From Deltaproteobacteria bacterium (GTDB lineage Bacteria; Desulfobacterota; Desulfomonilia; UBA1062), in NCBI GenBank assembly GCA_029547045.1, contig JAKPQL010000063.1, positions 119,727 through 183,726 on the forward strand: DNA of 64,000 nucleotides, given 5' to 3'. Under the pieces are notes generated by a model. It was not told the DNA's origin and made no database searches. It saw nothing but the letters and a program-made list of their open reading frames with translations. Both the position numbers and the translations under genes were made by a program. The stretch's first letter is position 1. Every line of letters begins with the position of its first letter. Below are positions 61,481-64,000 of this stretch, in pieces.

Positions 61481-62872
61481 CTACCTCTCCCTCACACTCT
61501 CATACACATGCTGTATCAGCGGCGACAGGAAGTATTCGATGAGCCTCCGCTTCCCCGTCTTCACCTCGGCGCTCACCGCCATGCCAGGCGACAGCCCGAC
61601 CTCTTTCCCATCCACCATCAGGCTCAACTTGGCCATTTCCAACCTCATCTTGTACACCAGACCCCGCTTCTCATCCTCCACCACATCCCTCGTTATACCC
61701 GTCACCTTGGCGTCGATGACCCCGTACCGGGTGAACGGGAACGTGTGCACCTTGATCTCCGCTACCTGCCCTTCCCGCACGAACCCGATGTCCTTGTTCT
61801 CCACGTTCACCTCGGCCTCCAGCTTCGCCCCTTTGGGAACGACCATCATCAGCGGCTGGGCCTCGGTCACCACCCCGCCTATGGTCGTCACCACGAGCTG
61901 CTGCACCTCGCCCGCCACCGGCGCATACAGCACCTGCCTGGCATTGAGGCCCGTGGCCTTGGTCAGCTCCTGTTCCATGGCCTGGCGCTGCCGCTTGGCG
62001 TCCTGCACCTCGGCCAGGGCCTGCCTGCGCGCCTCGGCATCGAGCGCCAGGATCTCCTTCTCCGTTGTCCGCACCGCCGCGCCCAGCTGGTCATGGTGCG
62101 ACCGCTCCGCCGCCAGGGCCTGGCGCTGGTCGATGAGCTCCTTCTGCTTGTCCATGTAGTCGAAGTCAGACACCGCTCCCTCGTCCTTCAATTTCTGGTA
62201 CGCCTGGAAGCGCCTCGTGGCCAGCGGCAGCGTCTCCTCCAGCTGCTTGATGATCTCCCCGCTCGTGCGCCGGGCAGCCTCGTTCTCCCGCAGCCGCGCC
62301 TCCAGCGAGTCCCTCCGGGACCGGTAGCTGTTCCACTGCTGGAGCAGCAGCTGGACCTGGTCCGGGTTGTCGGTAAGCGCCGAGTTGAGTCCTGCCGGGT
62401 CCACCGTCCTTCCGGGTTCTGCCAGGAGCTTCACGAACAGCTCCTGCCTGTGTATGGTCCCGTCGAGGAAGGCGAGCTCCTTGGCGTACTTGGCCTGGTC
62501 AGCGCCCGTGAGCGTCCGGTCCAGCTCGATGAGCGCATCGCCCTGGTTCACGTACTGCCCCTCCTTCACCAGGATACCCTTCACCACGGCCTTTTCCAAA
62601 GGCTGGATCACCTTGGTGCGGCCGCTCGGGATGATCTTCCCCTCGGCCACTGCCACGATGTCGATGTGGCCCAGGCAGGCCCAGGTGAGCGCTATGAAGA
62701 ACAGGGTTACGATGGACCACGCCAGCACGCGCACCGTGGGCGACGGCGGGGTCTCCACGATCTCCAGAGCAGCGGGCAGGAAGGCGCGCTCCACACTGGT
62801 CAGGCGCTTGTCGCCCATACCGGCCCGGTTCGTCCAGGCGTCCTTCAGCGTTGTCCAGAAGGTTGCGCTCAC
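61481..62872 (-). CDS. hlyD: HlyD-family type I secretion adaptor
   Basis: FLPAALEIVETPPSP, APV.G.VQQL...TIGGVV, TFPFTRYG, SPGM...AEVKTGKR..IEY.LSP. Confidence 0.95.
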   Translation of the reverse strand: MSATFWTTLKDAWTNRAGMGDKRLTSVERAFLPAALEIVETPPSPTVRVLAWSIVTLFFIALTWACLGHIDIVAVAEGKIIPSGRTKVIQPLEKAVVKGILVKEGQYVNQGDALIELDRTLTGADQAKYAKELAFLDGTIHRQELFVKLLAEPGRTVDPAGLNSALTDNPDQVQLLLQQWNSYRSRRDSLEARLRENEAARRTSGEIIKQLEETLPLATRRFQAYQKLKDEGAVSDFDYMDKQKELIDQRQALAAERSHHDQLGAAVRTTEKEILALDAEARRQALAEVQDAKRQRQAMEQELTKATGLNARQVLYAPVAGEVQQLVVTTIGGVVTEAQPLMMVVPKGAKLEAEVNVENKDIGFVREGQVAEIKVHTFPFTRYGVIDAKVTGITRDVVEDEKRGLVYKMRLEMAKLSLMVDGKEVGLSPGMAVSAEVKTGKRRLIEYFLSPLIQHVYESVRER

Positions 62873-64000
62873 CTACCCCTCCCCCTGCCCCTCTTCCACC
62901 GGCTCAGAGGGGAACCGGTGGCCGTGCTCGGCCTTGACCACCCTGGCGAACGGCTTGCCCTGGGTGATGACCGTGGGCCTGACCGGCTGGGGCGGCTCTG
63001 TCTGGAAGCTGTGGAGCTTGGCGTAATACCCGCCCGAGGCCATGAGTTCATTGTGGGTGCCGCTCTCCACGATGCGGCCTTTGTCCATGACCACGATGCG
63101 GTCCGCGTGCCGCACCGTGCTCAGGCGGTGCGCGATGACGAGCACGGTCCTGCCCTGGCAGATGCCCGCCATGTTGTCCTGGATGATGCGCTCCGACTCG
63201 TAGTCCAGGGCGCTCGTGGCCTCGTCGAAGATGAGGATGCGCGGGTTCGTGATGAGCGCCCGGGCGATGGCCAGGCGCTGGCGCTGCCCGCCCGACAGGT
63301 TGCAGCCCTGCTCGCCCACCAGGGTGTCGTACCCCTCGGGCAGCTCGGCGATGAAGTCGTGCGCCCCTGCCAGCGTGGCCGCTCGCACCACGTGCTCCAT
63401 GGGCAGGCCCGGGTCGGCCGCGGCGATGTTCTCCCGTATGGTCCGGTTGAACAGGAAGCTCTCCTGCAGCACCACCCCGATGTTCCGCCGCAGCCACTGG
63501 GTATCTATAATGGATAAATCCGCCCCATCCACCAGGATGCGCCCCGCTTCGGGGATATAGAGCCGCTGCACCAGCTTGGCCAGTGTGCTCTTGCCCGAGC
63601 CCGAGCGGCCCACGATGCCCATGACCTCGCCGGGCCTGATCTCAAGGCTCAGCTCGTCGATGACCAGCGGACGGTCCGGCTGGTAGCGGAAGCGCACGCG
63701 CTCGAAGCGTATCGCGCCCCTGATCTGCGGCAGGGTGCTGCGGTTGGCCGCATAGCCCGGCTCCTTCGGGGTGTTGAGGATGTCACCCAGGCGCTGAAGC
63801 GAGATGCCTGCCTGCTGGAAGTCCTGCCAGAGCTGCACGAGCTTCAATATGGGCCCGCTCACCCTCCCCGCGATCATGTTGAACGCGATGAGCTGGCCCA
63901 CGGTGAGCTCGCTCGCCATGACCAGGTGCGCGCCCCACCAGATGATGCCCAGCGTGGTGCACTTGTTGATGAACCCGGCCACCTGGTTCGCCACGTTCCC
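62873..64000 (-). CDS. hlyB: HlyB-family type I secretion ABC transporter (3' part; runs off window end)
   Basis: TVGQLIAFNM, WQDFQQ, GRSGSGKST, LSGGQRQR, FDEATSALDYESE, IAHRLSTV. Confidence 0.96.
   Translation of the reverse strand, partial: GNVANQVAGFINKCTTLGIIWWGAHLVMASELTVGQLIAFNMIAGRVSGPILKLVQLWQDFQQAGISLQRLGDILNTPKEPGYAANRSTLPQIRGAIRFERVRFRYQPDRPLVIDELSLEIRPGEVMGIVGRSGSGKSTLAKLVQRLYIPEAGRILVDGADLSIIDTQWLRRNIGVVLQESFLFNRTIRENIAAADPGLPMEHVVRAATLAGAHDFIAELPEGYDTLVGEQGCNLSGGQRQRLAIARALITNPRILIFDEATSALDYESERIIQDNMAGICQGRTVLVIAHRLSTVRHADRIVVMDKGRIVESGTHNELMASGGYYAKLHSFQTEPPQPVRPTVITQGKPFARVVKAEHGHRFPSEPVEEGQGEG

Overview
GC-rich bacterial chromosome segment. The gene content (sigma54-driven flagellar genes, an AOR-family enzyme, a double-cubane protein, CHASE-PAS-GAF-GGDEF) suggests an anaerobic Desulfobacterota/deltaproteobacterium; this is inference. 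Left to right: rrf2-nadA-metY operon; an internally deleted chemoreceptor; a MOSC protein; a run of secreted protein, lipoprotein, HabB-like mutase and a GAPOR-like tungsten/molybdenum oxidoreductase; tandem YihG-like acyltransferases, a hydrolase and plsC; ndk; recQ; a double-cubane reductase upstream of a DUF3798 ABC transporter; cell-wall hydrolases; a candidate structured RNA at about 25.1 kb; a large diguanylate cyclase; ppiD; a T2SSE_N-FlhG fusion; mutS; a flagellar cluster (fliK-flgD-flgE, motA, two motB, fliLMNOPQR); a rhomboid-TPR and zinc-finger-TPR pair; vapBC; and a type I secretion locus (HlyB, HlyD, TolB-like lipoprotein, phospholipase A2-RTX gene, the last two lower in GC) whose toxin gene has a premature TAA and a truncated 3' end. 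No rRNA, tRNA, CRISPR array or transposase was recognised. Best leads: the T1SS PLA2-RTX/lipoprotein module, the bacterial GAPOR-like enzyme coupled to a HabB-like protein, the Asp-less MotB paralogue and the promoter-driven structured RNA. All family calls come from recalled motifs, not database searches.
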